Assembly: GCA_049322955.1 (NCBI GenBank)
Contig: JBMOPU010000012.1
Location: 788,791-852,790, forward strand
DNA: 64,000 nucleotides
Direction of reading: 5' to 3'
Source: Patescibacteria group bacterium
GTDB taxonomy: Bacteria > Patescibacteriota > Microgenomatia > UBA10105 > UBA927
Part shown: positions 29,202 to 38,789 of the stretch, piece after piece
Numbering within the stretch: the first letter of the stretch is position 1
Layout: every line of letters begins with the position of its first letter
The notes under the pieces: generated by a model
What the model saw: the letters and a program-made list of their open reading frames with translations, nothing else
The model's database searches: none
What the model was told of the DNA's origin: nothing
Translations under genes and position numbers: made by a program

Positions 29202-29894
29202 TTACTTTTTGCGCGGAGATCGGGATTTTTTATTTTGGATGATTCGCCCGTCAGAAAGCGTAATAACGCGATCCATCATATGCGTATATTCTTCCTCATG
29301 CGTTACCATAACAATCGTTTGTCCTTGCTTATGAATCTTAAGAAATGTCTGAAGTACCTGCTCCGACGTTTCACTGTCCAAATTGGCGGTCGGTTCATCC
29401 GCAAAAATAATTTTCGGCTTATGAGCAATCGCCCGGGCGATACTCACGCGCTGTTGTTGCCCGCCCGATAACTGACTGGGTAAATTATCGCGTTTATCCG
29501 CAAGTCCCACTTCAGCCAACACGTCGGAGGCGGTCCCATAGGCACGGGACGATGAGTATCCCAACATAAGAAGCGGTGCCATGATATTTTCCGCGGCAGT
29601 AAGCGAAGGAATGAGCGCATAATCCTGAAAAACATATCCGAGTTCACGAAGCCGATAGTTGACACGCTGATCGTCGGTAAATCCCGAGGTATCCTGTGTA
29701 TCAAGAACCACTTTACCGCTGGTCGGCGTATCCAACAGACTCAGCTGATACAACAGGGTACTTTTGCCCGATCCAGATCTTCCCGTAATCGCGAGAAATT
29801 CTCCGCGAGCCACGGATAGCGATATGTCGTTTAAGACCGTGATTTTCCCCGTCCCGGTTTTATATTGCTTGATAAGATGTATCGCCTGAATCAT
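29202..29894 (-). CDS. ABC transporter ATP-binding protein (LolD/MacB-like)
   Basis: GRSGSGKS, LSGGQQQRV, FADEPTANLD, VTHE; true start MIQAIHL. Confidence 0.93.
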   Translation of the reverse strand: MIQAIHLIKQYKTGTGKITVLNDISLSVARGEFLAITGRSGSGKSTLLYQLSLLDTPTSGKVVLDTQDTSGFTDDQRVNYRLRELGYVFQDYALIPSLTAAENIMAPLLMLGYSSSRAYGTASDVLAEVGLADKRDNLPSQLSGGQQQRVSIARAIAHKPKIIFADEPTANLDSETSEQVLQTFLKIHKQGQTIVMVTHEEEYTHMMDRVITLSDGRIIQNKKSRSPRKK

Positions 29895-29896
29895 AG

Positions 29897-31165
29897 TTAT
29901 CTTCCCAAAATTGCGTCGAGCGTATTTTGTTTGACCACGATGCGCGCGGGTATATATCCCGCGGCAATAGTCGCAAAGAAGAGTACGACGACTCTCAGTA
30001 ATACCCCTGGCACATCCGCTACAAATATACCGTCGGAAAAGGGAAAGTTTATCGGATTGTCCGCAAAATACGGAACCATAAGTCCGTACACGACGACAAG
30101 GCCCAACAACGATCCCGAAAGCGCATAAAACATTGATTGAAATACATAGGAACATTCTATGGCAAGTGAATTGACGCCGATTCCTTTGAGAATACCGATA
30201 AATTTTCGGCGGGTTATGGCATTGACGAAAATGACGATGAATATGGTGATGGATGCTACCGCAAGCCCGATGCTTCCGATTAAATCTCCAAGCAGGGCAA
30301 AGGTCGCGGAGATATCACGGATAAACTGCGGCTGTGCTTCCTGCCACGTCTGCACTTTGGCCTGTGCATCAACGCCGTTCCCCAAAAGAATTGTCGCGAT
30401 CTCCTTTTCCGAACTCCTTCCGTTTGCCCGGATAGCGATTTCATTAACATTAAAATCATCTCTGCCTATCAAAGGACGGAGTTCCCTATCGAGCATAAAA
30501 ACTCGGCTATCTATATTTGTTACTTTTGCCTTGACGACGCCGACGATCGTTACTTCTTTGACAATCCCGTTCACCGTAAGACGGGTCTGTGTTCCCACAT
30601 CGGCAGTCTTCAAAGACGCCGTCCCGGTGCCCGCCGCGGACTGATACTTGCTAAGCAGTGATACGCCCACCAACACCGCATCATGATCATCCGGGGTGAG
30701 ATATCTGCCGCTTATCACCTGTCGTGATAAATTGGTCAATGCATCCTCACGTCCCGGGTCAATGCCCACCATGACGGCATTTGCCGTATCCGCTCCTTCA
30801 TCACGACGCACGACGGTCTTGTAATCGGCTTCAATCGTTCCCGAAGCGATGTACCGTGCGCTCACGGCTCGTACCTGCGGGAGCTGTTCGGCGATTTCCC
30901 TGGGCAAATGACTGTCTTCAATGTATTGTTTTTTGTCGAGCGTACTGAGTAACACATCTCCCGTATAGCGTTCCCGATAGGATCGTACGGAGCCCTCGGT
31001 AAGGCCTACCAGAATCCCCCGAACAACCACGAGGTTGAGGAATGTCAGCATCATGACAAAGGTGATAAGTAACGTTGACCAAATGCTCGCCCGCTTGATA
31101 TCCCGAATAGCAAGGAAATAACCAACGGATACCGCAAGGGAAAACATGTCTAGCTTGTTTTTCAT
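29897..31165 (-). CDS. ABC transporter permease (MacB/FtsX family)
   Basis: TM, large extracytoplasmic domain, then 3 TM; RRKFIGILKGIG, YIPAR. Confidence 0.88.
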   Translation of the reverse strand: MKNKLDMFSLAVSVGYFLAIRDIKRASIWSTLLITFVMMLTFLNLVVVRGILVGLTEGSVRSYRERYTGDVLLSTLDKKQYIEDSHLPREIAEQLPQVRAVSARYIASGTIEADYKTVVRRDEGADTANAVMVGIDPGREDALTNLSRQVISGRYLTPDDHDAVLVGVSLLSKYQSAAGTGTASLKTADVGTQTRLTVNGIVKEVTIVGVVKAKVTNIDSRVFMLDRELRPLIGRDDFNVNEIAIRANGRSSEKEIATILLGNGVDAQAKVQTWQEAQPQFIRDISATFALLGDLIGSIGLAVASITIFIVIFVNAITRRKFIGILKGIGVNSLAIECSYVFQSMFYALSGSLLGLVVVYGLMVPYFADNPINFPFSDGIFVADVPGVLLRVVVLFFATIAAGYIPARIVVKQNTLDAILGR

Positions 31166-31174
31166 ACCCTGAGA

Positions 31175-32396
31175 TTATTCGGCGGACGGAATGAGAATCA
31201 TGTCCCCTTCATTGACCCCGTCGAGTATTTGCGTGATCGAGCCGTTTTTCTTGCCGACCGTTACGGGGACGGTCACTTCACTATTTCCCTGCAGACGACG
31301 GACGGCAGTTTTGCCTTGTTCCGTTCGGGTGAGCGCGCTATTGGGAACAACCAGTACATCGCGCAAACGATCGGTTTCTATAACCACGGTTGCCGTCATA
31401 CTCGGACGCACACGATCATCATTGGCATCCGTCAGTGCTACATATGCCTTATAGGTTACGACGGCATTTTCGTTTTCTCCCACGGTATCTACCCGCGCGA
31501 CGGTAGCGGGGAACTCTTTCTCTGGAAATGCGTCAAAACGCACACTCGCGAGTTGTCCCGTCTTCACTTTCGAAATATCGATTTCATTAAGTTTCACCAT
31601 AACGGTCACCCCACCCTCGGCAAGAATCCTGAGCACCGGATCCCCCTCCGCGGTACTGGCGGGATTGGTGAATTTTGCGCGGACATAATCCCCCGTATCT
31701 ACCGCAAGATTAGCCACAACGCCGGAAACGGGCGCTTTGATAACACCGTTTAACGATGCCTGATACTCGAGGAGCGCGGCGTTCAAGGCGCTTTGTGCGG
31801 CCGCAATCGACGCGTCGGCATCGAGGTATTTCTTTTCGGAGGCGGCAAACGCGATTTTCGCGCTTTCATATGCGGACACAATACCGTCAATTTCGTCCTG
31901 TTTGTACGCTTCTCCCGTAGCAGGATTGACGCCTCCCTCGTTACGCCGTTCATCCATCTGCTGTTTGGCGATAGAAGTGTTGATAACGAGCGTTCTTCCG
32001 GATTCCAAACTCGATTGTAAAGATATTTTTGTTTGCTTTGCGGCATTGAGACTCGCAACGGCGGCTTGATACTGTGCCAACATTGCCGCTTTTTCATTTT
32101 CCATTGCCGTACTTTTTACCTTGAGAAGTTCCGTTCCTGCGGTCACCGAATCACCGTTTTTTACGTACAGTTCTTCAACAATACCCGTTGTGGGGGAAAA
32201 AACTTTTGCGTTATCCGCGGCGTTTGCATTGCCGCTTATGACGATGGACTCCACCACTTCACCCTTACTGATTCTGTGGGGAGCGGCCGAGGAACCACGA
32301 CGAAAACGCGGAACAATGATTGCCGATATGACGACCAAACACACCGATTCGCTGTGGCACCGAAAGCGATGCGGCAAAACTCCGTATTTTTTTCAT
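31175..32396 (-). CDS. Efflux adaptor (MacA/HlyD family), apparent frameshift near the N-terminus
   Basis: VKNGDSV, coiled coil, IKAPVSGVV, EIDISKVKTGQ, VPNSAL. ATG 32396 (with TATAAT-N8) is out of frame with the body; junction near 32335-32346. Confidence 0.8.
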
Positions 32397-32506
32397 ACCG
32401 AGTTATTATAACAGGCATAACTCCTCCATGCGGTATGAAATCTCTCATTACCCCTGTTCTGCTCCTCTGATGAGAAAACCGACATACCGCGGTATAATAA
32501 TCAGTT

Positions 32507-32829
32507 ATGGGCTACCGCACCGTCGCAAAATGGGAAATAGATATCGGAGAAATGCAGGAAACGCAGGGTCTTGCCCGAATGTTCGGCAGTCTGTACCGGC
32601 AGGAATTCGGTATAAATTTCGAAATCAGGAAACGCGTTTTACCGTCAAAACGTCGGATCTCATGACTCTACGGGAAATTGAGAGACTTCTTCCCCAGCTT
32701 GCCCGTATCCGTTATCAGCATCACCACAAATACGGAACGGGAAACGATTACGGCAGACCCGTTGAGGATGATGAGATAACCGCAACACTCGAAGGCTTCG
32801 GTGTACGACTCCCCGGATGGCTCAGATAA
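32507..32829 (+). CDS. Hypothetical: two ATGA-coupled small ORFs (32507-32665, 32662-32829) or one frameshifted gene
   Basis: TATAAT 32493-32498 then ATG 32507; TGA 32663-32665 overlaps ATG 32662. Confidence 0.45.
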
Positions 32830-32978
32830 TTCCTTTGCAAGACATTTCGCACGCACCCGATCTTGTGTATTTTCCTGAAATGCACCAGGCATGCAGAGAA
32901 AACTTCCTGTTGTTTGCCACACGAAATAATCGCGCGCAATGCGAGCATTGAGGCATACGTGTGCCTCAGATGATATTG

Positions 32979-33698
32979 CTACTTGGTAATCACGTATTCC
33001 TTCTCGGGAACCGCTCCGATAAATGTCATCGTACCGTCGGCAAATGATACTTCATCCGCACGGAACGCATCCGTATGCTTGGCGATCACGTCATTAAGCA
33101 CCGATTCAGCCTCTTTATTTGCCCGCGCCACTATATCACCGGGGATAGGAATGGCACCTATCTTTACGGTGCGCGCGTCAACTTGCACGGAGTTGTTTCG
33201 AACCGATCCCTTGCCCAATACGTATATAGGTACGGCAAACGGCGGAATCGCGTATGTTTTCATCGCATCGCGTATTTGCTGTTCCGAATACCCCAACGCC
33301 ATAGCATAAGGCATGGCTTTATCGACAAGAAGGATCGCGGAACTTTCTATAGTTCCGTCGTCATGGATCTTTATCTGGATATTTTTCACCGGATAGTTTT
33401 TCCATGAGCGGTTATTTGAGTGCGCGGTAAGTTCGGTGCTGTTCATGGTGAACGAAACGGATTTCTTCCCTTCCAGCCGAAAATCGTCCGCTGGAGAGGC
33501 ATCACTGGGAAGCGAAATTATTTCAGTGCCTCCGCTCTTTTTCCATGCGGCACGTGAATCGTCGAGCGCATATCGTATCCCCAGATCTTTTTGTCCGGCT
33601 CCGATCAGATTTGAAAGACCCGGAATAACGCCGATCCCGGCAAGGATAATCGCCACGATGATGATGACGAGGGAAAGAAAAATGAGTACATATTTCAT
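32979..33698 (-). CDS. Hypothetical membrane-anchored protein
   Basis: N-terminal TM (MKYVLIFLSLVIIIVAIIL); TATACT-N8-ATG. Confidence 0.75.
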   Translation of the reverse strand: MKYVLIFLSLVIIIVAIILAGIGVIPGLSNLIGAGQKDLGIRYALDDSRAAWKKSGGTEIISLPSDASPADDFRLEGKKSVSFTMNSTELTAHSNNRSWKNYPVKNIQIKIHDDGTIESSAILLVDKAMPYAMALGYSEQQIRDAMKTYAIPPFAVPIYVLGKGSVRNNSVQVDARTVKIGAIPIPGDIVARANKEAESVLNDVIAKHTDAFRADEVSFADGTMTFIGAVPEKEYVITK

Positions 33699-33791
33699 AT
33701 GGCGACAGTATACGCCACCCATGGCACATTGCTGTACGATATCCCACCGAATGAAACGTAGCCTCGCTACCTGAAACAAAAGGGAGATGCG

Positions 33792-34124
33792 TCACTTATT
33801 TACCAGGGCATTGAGGAAACTGTTGACGACAGACAGGACGATAACCGCAAGCACGGCGGTGCCGAAACCGTCTATCCTGAATCCGGGCACGATCGCACCG
33901 GTAATAAGCATAAGAAGGGCATTAATAACAATGGTAAACAACCCAAACGTCAGAATATTTATGGGAAGCGTAAGCAAGAGAAGCACCGGTTTAATACTCA
34001 CGCTCAATATCCCCCACACGATCGCAATCACAAAAAGCGAAATCCATCCGCTTATGGTAATACCCGGGAGAATATATGCGGTAATATAAAACGCCAACGC
34101 ATTGATGAGAAACCGCATCAGCAT
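33792..34124 (-). CDS. YvlD/DUF360 (phage holin 4 family) membrane protein
   Basis: IKPVLLLLTLPINILTFGLFTIVINALL. Confidence 0.9.
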   Translation of the reverse strand: MLMRFLINALAFYITAYILPGITISGWISLFVIAIVWGILSVSIKPVLLLLTLPINILTFGLFTIVINALLMLITGAIVPGFRIDGFGTAVLAVIVLSVVNSFLNALVNK

Positions 34125-34160
34125 GAATTTATTATACACGCATACGTCAGAAAGCGCTGG

Positions 34161-34403
34161 TCATTTGCCGCGTTTAGGTTTATCCTTCTTCCGACGACGA
34201 AGAAGGAACTGCAATAACGTCATACCCTCAGGCAATTGGTATCGAGATTCTTCCCATGCTTTATCACGCGTGCCCGTCAGCGTATTGTTCTCTTTTGTGC
34301 CGGATCGCAACGCCGCACCGTCCCGTTCTTCATGAAATTCCGAAATCGCCCGCGATAGGTCGTCGTCATGCTCAATTCGGATCGGTTCATCTTCTTTTGC
34401 CAT
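34161..34403 (-). CDS. Small hypothetical protein with basic C-terminus
   Basis: MAKEDEP...RRRKKDKPKRGK. Confidence 0.5.
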   Translation of the reverse strand: MAKEDEPIRIEHDDDLSRAISEFHEERDGAALRSGTKENNTLTGTRDKAWEESRYQLPEGMTLLQFLLRRRKKDKPKRGK

Positions 34404-34525
34404 ACAGAGGGCAGAACGGTCACAATAGTACACCTTGTTCACGTCCATTGAAAGGAAACTGCAGGATGCACGTGACCGGATAACCATCGTAAAATGTTAC
34501 AATGAGAGACGAAAGGAAAAACAGC

Positions 34526-34903
34526 ATGAAAAAATACGGCGGATTTTGGAAACGGTTATTGGCGTACGCGATTGACTCACTCCTCATATACGCACTTTTT
34601 TGGCTGATTCCCGGCATCGATATGGATAACGCATGGGTCAATATGCTTATGTTTCTGACGTGGACCGCTTATTTCGTATGGATGGTGGGCACCTATGGCG
34701 CCACGATCGGGAAAATGATCCTCAAAATGAAAATCGTCAAAGAAAACGGCAAATCGCTCACCTATTCCGATGCATTACTGCGGGAGCTCGCCAGCTATTT
34801 GTCCTTCCTGGTGCTTGGTCTCGGCTATTTTTCGATCGGCTGGGATCCCCGCAAACAGGGCTGGCATGACAAGATCGCCAAAACGCTAGTGGTAAATGCC
34901 TAA
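34526..34903 (+). CDS. RDD family protein
   Basis: YGGFWKRLLAYAID, GATIGK, QGWHDKIAKTLVV. Confidence 0.92.
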   Translation: MKKYGGFWKRLLAYAIDSLLIYALFWLIPGIDMDNAWVNMLMFLTWTAYFVWMVGTYGATIGKMILKMKIVKENGKSLTYSDALLRELASYLSFLVLGLGYFSIGWDPRKQGWHDKIAKTLVVNA

Positions 34904-34959
34904 CCAAGAGACATAAGAAGACCGGTGATATCGAGCCAAATGGTTTTTCCCGTGTCCGG

Positions 34960-35271
34960 TTACACGACTTCCTCGAGGTAATAATCGCAGGCAAATCCTT
35001 TGTCCTTTTGATGCCCGTGATGATGTGTCGTATCAATCACCTTTGCATCGGCAACCTTCCACCTTTTCCCGCGGTACCACGCGATATGCCCCGTCGGTAT
35101 GCTATCGAGATCCGTAACCATCCGGCGAAGTTGTTTGGACGGATGATCGAGGTGAATATGAAGTATTGCTTTTCGTGCCGGTCGTTCACGGAATGTTTCT
35201 AAACCCGCGCCAACCAATAGATCATTGGTGATATCTTCCGCCGTATATGTTTCGACACCTTGCCTGCACAT
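34960..35271 (-). CDS. Hypothetical protein
   Basis: 103 aa ORF with TATAAT-N10-ATG and an HHHGH patch. Confidence 0.55.
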   Translation of the reverse strand: MCRQGVETYTAEDITNDLLVGAGLETFRERPARKAILHIHLDHPSKQLRRMVTDLDSIPTGHIAWYRGKRWKVADAKVIDTTHHHGHQKDKGFACDYYLEEVV

Positions 35272-35348
35272 AGATTTGATAATTATATCAAACTATATCA
35301 ATACGAAGAGGGTGAGCGAATTATGCAAACTGCAATACCGACATGTAT

Positions 35349-35852
35349 TCATTTCAAGTCGCGAACAAATAATTGATCCTGCTGGGACCATCGGAGATGC
35401 GCAAGCACGATAAAGGCCTTATATCGTTCAAGTGCCTGCTCAGATCTTGCTCCGTCAATGTTTTCAATATCAATAGGTTGCGGCATACCAAGCCTTCGCA
35501 CCCCACTTTCCGGAAGAGTAGCTACGGCAATTGCTTCCGACATCAAAAAATCATCCCAGCGCATCCCCGTCGCCACTCTCCATGAAACTTTCGACCTCGC
35601 TCCTTGTAATTGTTGTAATACCATGTCATCGCCGCGGGCTTCAAAACTACTCACAGCGGCCTCAGTGTTTTTATAGCGAAGTACCGTCGAAAAGTCACCG
35701 GTTATGGGCGTACGCACCACATGACGCTCATGCCCGACAAGTAACCCCGTATCAAGCCGTTCGATATCCAATTGAGGCACGATCATGCGGAGATATCGAC
35801 GATACGCTCCCGATTGCAACGGGTACCGTTCTTTCATTGCTTCAAAATTCAT
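35349..35852 (-). CDS. Hypothetical protein, possibly VirK/DUF535-like GNAT fold
   Basis: TATAAT-N8-ATG; LQQLQG followed by a helix and GVRRL. Confidence 0.5.
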   Translation of the reverse strand: MNFEAMKERYPLQSGAYRRYLRMIVPQLDIERLDTGLLVGHERHVVRTPITGDFSTVLRYKNTEAAVSSFEARGDDMVLQQLQGARSKVSWRVATGMRWDDFLMSEAIAVATLPESGVRRLGMPQPIDIENIDGARSEQALERYKAFIVLAHLRWSQQDQLFVRDLK

Positions 35853-35899
35853 AGAGATGCATTATACCTCAACGGATAAAGGTACTGCCATCAAGCACA

Positions 35900-36559
35900 C
35901 TAGAGTACGAGTGTATGGCCGTTTTTGCGTAGCCATGTTCGTGCCGATGCATATTCGGGATAAAACTCCCCTACCCGAGCCCAAAAGGACAAACGATGAT
36001 GCGGATGAGTGATATGGGCAAGTTCATGGATTACGACATAATCAATAATCGAAATCTCGGCCAAGATAAGCCGATACGAAAAACTGATGGTTCCCGTGCT
36101 CGAGCAGGAACCCCACCGGCTTGAAGTATCCCGTATGGAAACCCGCCGATAGGTAACCTTCATTTTTTCGGAAAAAAACGATACCCGTTTTGTGAGAAAC
36201 TCCTTGGCGTATTTGCGGCAGAATTGTTCCATATGATACTTCGGCTTTGCGAGAAATTTTTTGGGAAAAAATATTCGGGAGGGGGTGAGCACAATGGCAC
36301 TGCCGTCCGTGAGGTGGAGTGTGTAATCCTTTCCTCCCAATCGAAACAATTCGCCTTCTTCATACACTCTCTCTTTCTTCTTGGGAACGGATGCCAGTCT
36401 GCGCCGCGTGTTGTCTATCCAATCTTGCTTTGATGCGACAAATTGTCGGATAAAAAACTCCGGCATGTATTTGGGAGCACGTACTTCCAGTTCACCCGTC
36501 GGGAGAATATGAAGGGAAATTGATCTTCGGGGAAGGCGTTTGAGGATGTCGATGCGCAT
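35900..36559 (-). CDS. YgjP/DUF45 (M48-like) metal-dependent hydrolase
   Basis: VRAP, SRWGSCS, DYVVIHELAH, HH...FW. Confidence 0.92.
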   Translation of the reverse strand: MRIDILKRLPRRSISLHILPTGELEVRAPKYMPEFFIRQFVASKQDWIDNTRRRLASVPKKKERVYEEGELFRLGGKDYTLHLTDGSAIVLTPSRIFFPKKFLAKPKYHMEQFCRKYAKEFLTKRVSFFSEKMKVTYRRVSIRDTSSRWGSCSSTGTISFSYRLILAEISIIDYVVIHELAHITHPHHRLSFWARVGEFYPEYASARTWLRKNGHTLVL

Positions 36560-36638
36560 ATGCTGTAAAGCGTATGGTACACCATGCGTAACCCTTCGTC
36601 ATATTGCACATAATTTTAACCTATAGTATAATCCGCGG

Positions 36639-37259
36639 ATGACAAATACACGAGAAGCTTATCTTAAAATTGCATACGCAGGGCCGATTCTTAAAACGCG
36701 TTGGATTAACGACGTGTTTAACACGTATCTGGATCAACCACAGGGTGAGACCAACGTTGCGGCACTTGCCGTCGGAGGTTGTGAGGAATTACCTCATTTA
36801 CGTTTCTTTACCGGTCACGGCGCAAACATTCATGCGTTCGATATTCTGCAACCATCCATGAGAATGCGGGATTTATCAGAGTACGCCAAAGTTCAGTATC
36901 ATCGCGAAGGCATACAGCGTATTGACAAGGTCATACGCCATCTAGGCGGTGAACCTAATCTTGTCATATGTCGCGCACCTCGAATACTTGAGACAGTTTC
37001 GAAGCACGGATTTAAATTCAATAGATGGTGGGCAGACACTCTTGCAGGGTATGGGGAGAGAGTAGGCGGAAATGGACAAATGCTTGTGACCACCTATACA
37101 GGTGAAGAACGCGATATTGTTGCTGAAGCGTTAGATAAGCGTGCGATAAGTTTTTCAACCTATGAAAACGACTTATGCCCCATTAACGTCCCGAACTATA
37201 CCGGACCAAACGGTCCCATCAGAGCGGGAATAGACAAATACGTTTTGGTAAGCCGGTAA
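36639..37259 (+). CDS. Divergent Rossmann methyltransferase-like protein
   Basis: VAALAVGGCEE, IHAFDI, NLVICRAP, GGNGQMLVTT in class I methyltransferase order. Confidence 0.5.
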   Translation: MTNTREAYLKIAYAGPILKTRWINDVFNTYLDQPQGETNVAALAVGGCEELPHLRFFTGHGANIHAFDILQPSMRMRDLSEYAKVQYHREGIQRIDKVIRHLGGEPNLVICRAPRILETVSKHGFKFNRWWADTLAGYGERVGGNGQMLVTTYTGEERDIVAEALDKRAISFSTYENDLCPINVPNYTGPNGPIRAGIDKYVLVSR

Positions 37260-37278
37260 TCAACCGGATGCGTATCGG

Positions 37279-37845
37279 CTAGATTCTGAATATCCGTTGA
37301 CGCAGTACTTCCGCCACTCCGTACCATCGTCCGCGAATCCAACGCTTTGCCAAGATAACGCCGATAACGTTACTTTCGGCATCAATCACAGGCTTTCCCG
37401 AAAAACCGAAATCCACGCGCTGACCGAGCGAAGATACGATGAGCTCTCTCGGTGCCCGACGCAATAAAACAGGTTTTTCTTTCGATACGGTCATCACCCG
37501 ATCGGTCGGCGGCATCAAGGGTATCGGAGACCCCAAAGTCACGTACTCAACGCCCGGTGTATAGTGCGTGGCGACTGATAATGCCTCGTTTATCGCAACG
37601 GGCTCGCTAAGCGATATATCCCGTGATCCGGCTACCTTTTCGAATGCAAGGTTCCTAAACGTTGCATTCCCAACCCTATTTCGCAGAATAAGCGCACGGG
37701 GCTCATGCGTTTTGCTGTCATGACTCACATGATACGCGGTAAGGATGCGGATACTCCCCTGGAGCCATATGGCACAAGCACCCCCGATAGGACCGTCACC
37801 GAAATACGCATCAAAATTTGATTGAGCGAGTTCTTGGGTATTCAT
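37279..37845 (-). CDS. Trypsin-like serine protease, no signal peptide
   Basis: ILTAYHV (His), RDIS (Asp), GFSGKPVID...VIGV (Ser). Confidence 0.7.
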   Translation of the reverse strand: MNTQELAQSNFDAYFGDGPIGGACAIWLQGSIRILTAYHVSHDSKTHEPRALILRNRVGNATFRNLAFEKVAGSRDISLSEPVAINEALSVATHYTPGVEYVTLGSPIPLMPPTDRVMTVSKEKPVLLRRAPRELIVSSLGQRVDFGFSGKPVIDAESNVIGVILAKRWIRGRWYGVAEVLRQRIFRI

Positions 37846-38008
37846 AGCGCAATGGTGAGCATTATACTATAAGCTGTTTTGAGGCAAAATATCCTTACTT
37901 ACCATTTCGCATGATGTAAATTCGGGTATCGCCTGCGGCTTTTCTGAGGAGCGTACGTCGATTATTTTTGGCTAAACTGCCGCCATATTATGTGATATAA
38001 TGGAGCGT

Positions 38009-38533
38009 ATGAACGCAAAAAATCAGACGGTTTCGTTTCGTCAAAGTAGCGTAATATTAATCATGCGACTTATCCTCGCCGAATGTATTATTCTTGGGGT
38101 AAATATTGCCCTTAAGTTACCACAGCTTGCCACTTCTGCACTCATGAATGACACCTCGGCAGTGACATCGTTGACTCTGATGAGTATTACGAGTCTCATC
38201 GCATCATCAATATTTCAACTTGCTCTGATCGCGTATATAACCCTGGACTGGACGAATCACGAATACGAAATTCGCGATGGTGCGATCATCCATCGACACG
38301 GTATTTTTTACCGAAAAGAAGAAATATATTCACTGCGTAATCTCGGCTCTGCCGTCATTTCTCAGTCTTTGTTGGGTCGACTATTTAACTTTGGAAGTAT
38401 TCACGCATACAGTCCGATCTTAAAACAGGATGTTCACATGCTTCTGGTACATAACCCCCAAGATATCGTGCATCACATACAAGACGACGTGGAACACACC
38501 GGAGGCAAACACGAAGTTATCCGTCGCAGTTAA
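38009..38533 (+). CDS. Membrane-anchored bacterial PH (bPH_2, YdbS-like) protein
   Basis: 2 TM, YEI...HGIF, QSLLGRLFNFGSI, VHNP. Confidence 0.85.
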   Translation: MNAKNQTVSFRQSSVILIMRLILAECIILGVNIALKLPQLATSALMNDTSAVTSLTLMSITSLIASSIFQLALIAYITLDWTNHEYEIRDGAIIHRHGIFYRKEEIYSLRNLGSAVISQSLLGRLFNFGSIHAYSPILKQDVHMLLVHNPQDIVHHIQDDVEHTGGKHEVIRRS

Positions 38534-38775
38534 TGGCGCACTACAAAAAGGCGTCCAATACCGATACTCATTCGCGTGACGAAGCGGGTATTCCGATAAC
38601 CCCATACTCTTTCGAGAAATTGCACCCTTCCCTGTTTTTGGCAGATGCACTCAATATTGCCTCTGCCGAAAAAGATTTCTTTCCGCCTATTGTTTTTATA
38701 CCCGCACCCTCTCACCCGAAGACGGCGAAATGCAGAGAACAAAACAACCCATCGATATTTCTACCGATGGGTTGA
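38533..38775 (+). CDS. Small hypothetical ORF
   Basis: TAATG overlap with the upstream gene. Confidence 0.35.
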   Translation: MAHYKKASNTDTHSRDEAGIPITPYSFEKLHPSLFLADALNIASAEKDFFPPIVFIPAPSHPKTAKCREQNNPSIFLPMG

Positions 38776-38789
38776 AAAATTAAAAAACT

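Noticed and set aside
33792-34124. Holin-family gene as evidence of a prophage
   Set aside because: YvlD/DUF360 is a common chromosomal membrane protein; no phage structural or lysis genes nearby
34897-34965. GCCTAAC...GTTACAC after the RDD gene as an integron attC site
   Set aside because: Right end does not fit GTTRRRY, inner pairing is weak, there is no integrase and no similar sites follow neighbouring genes
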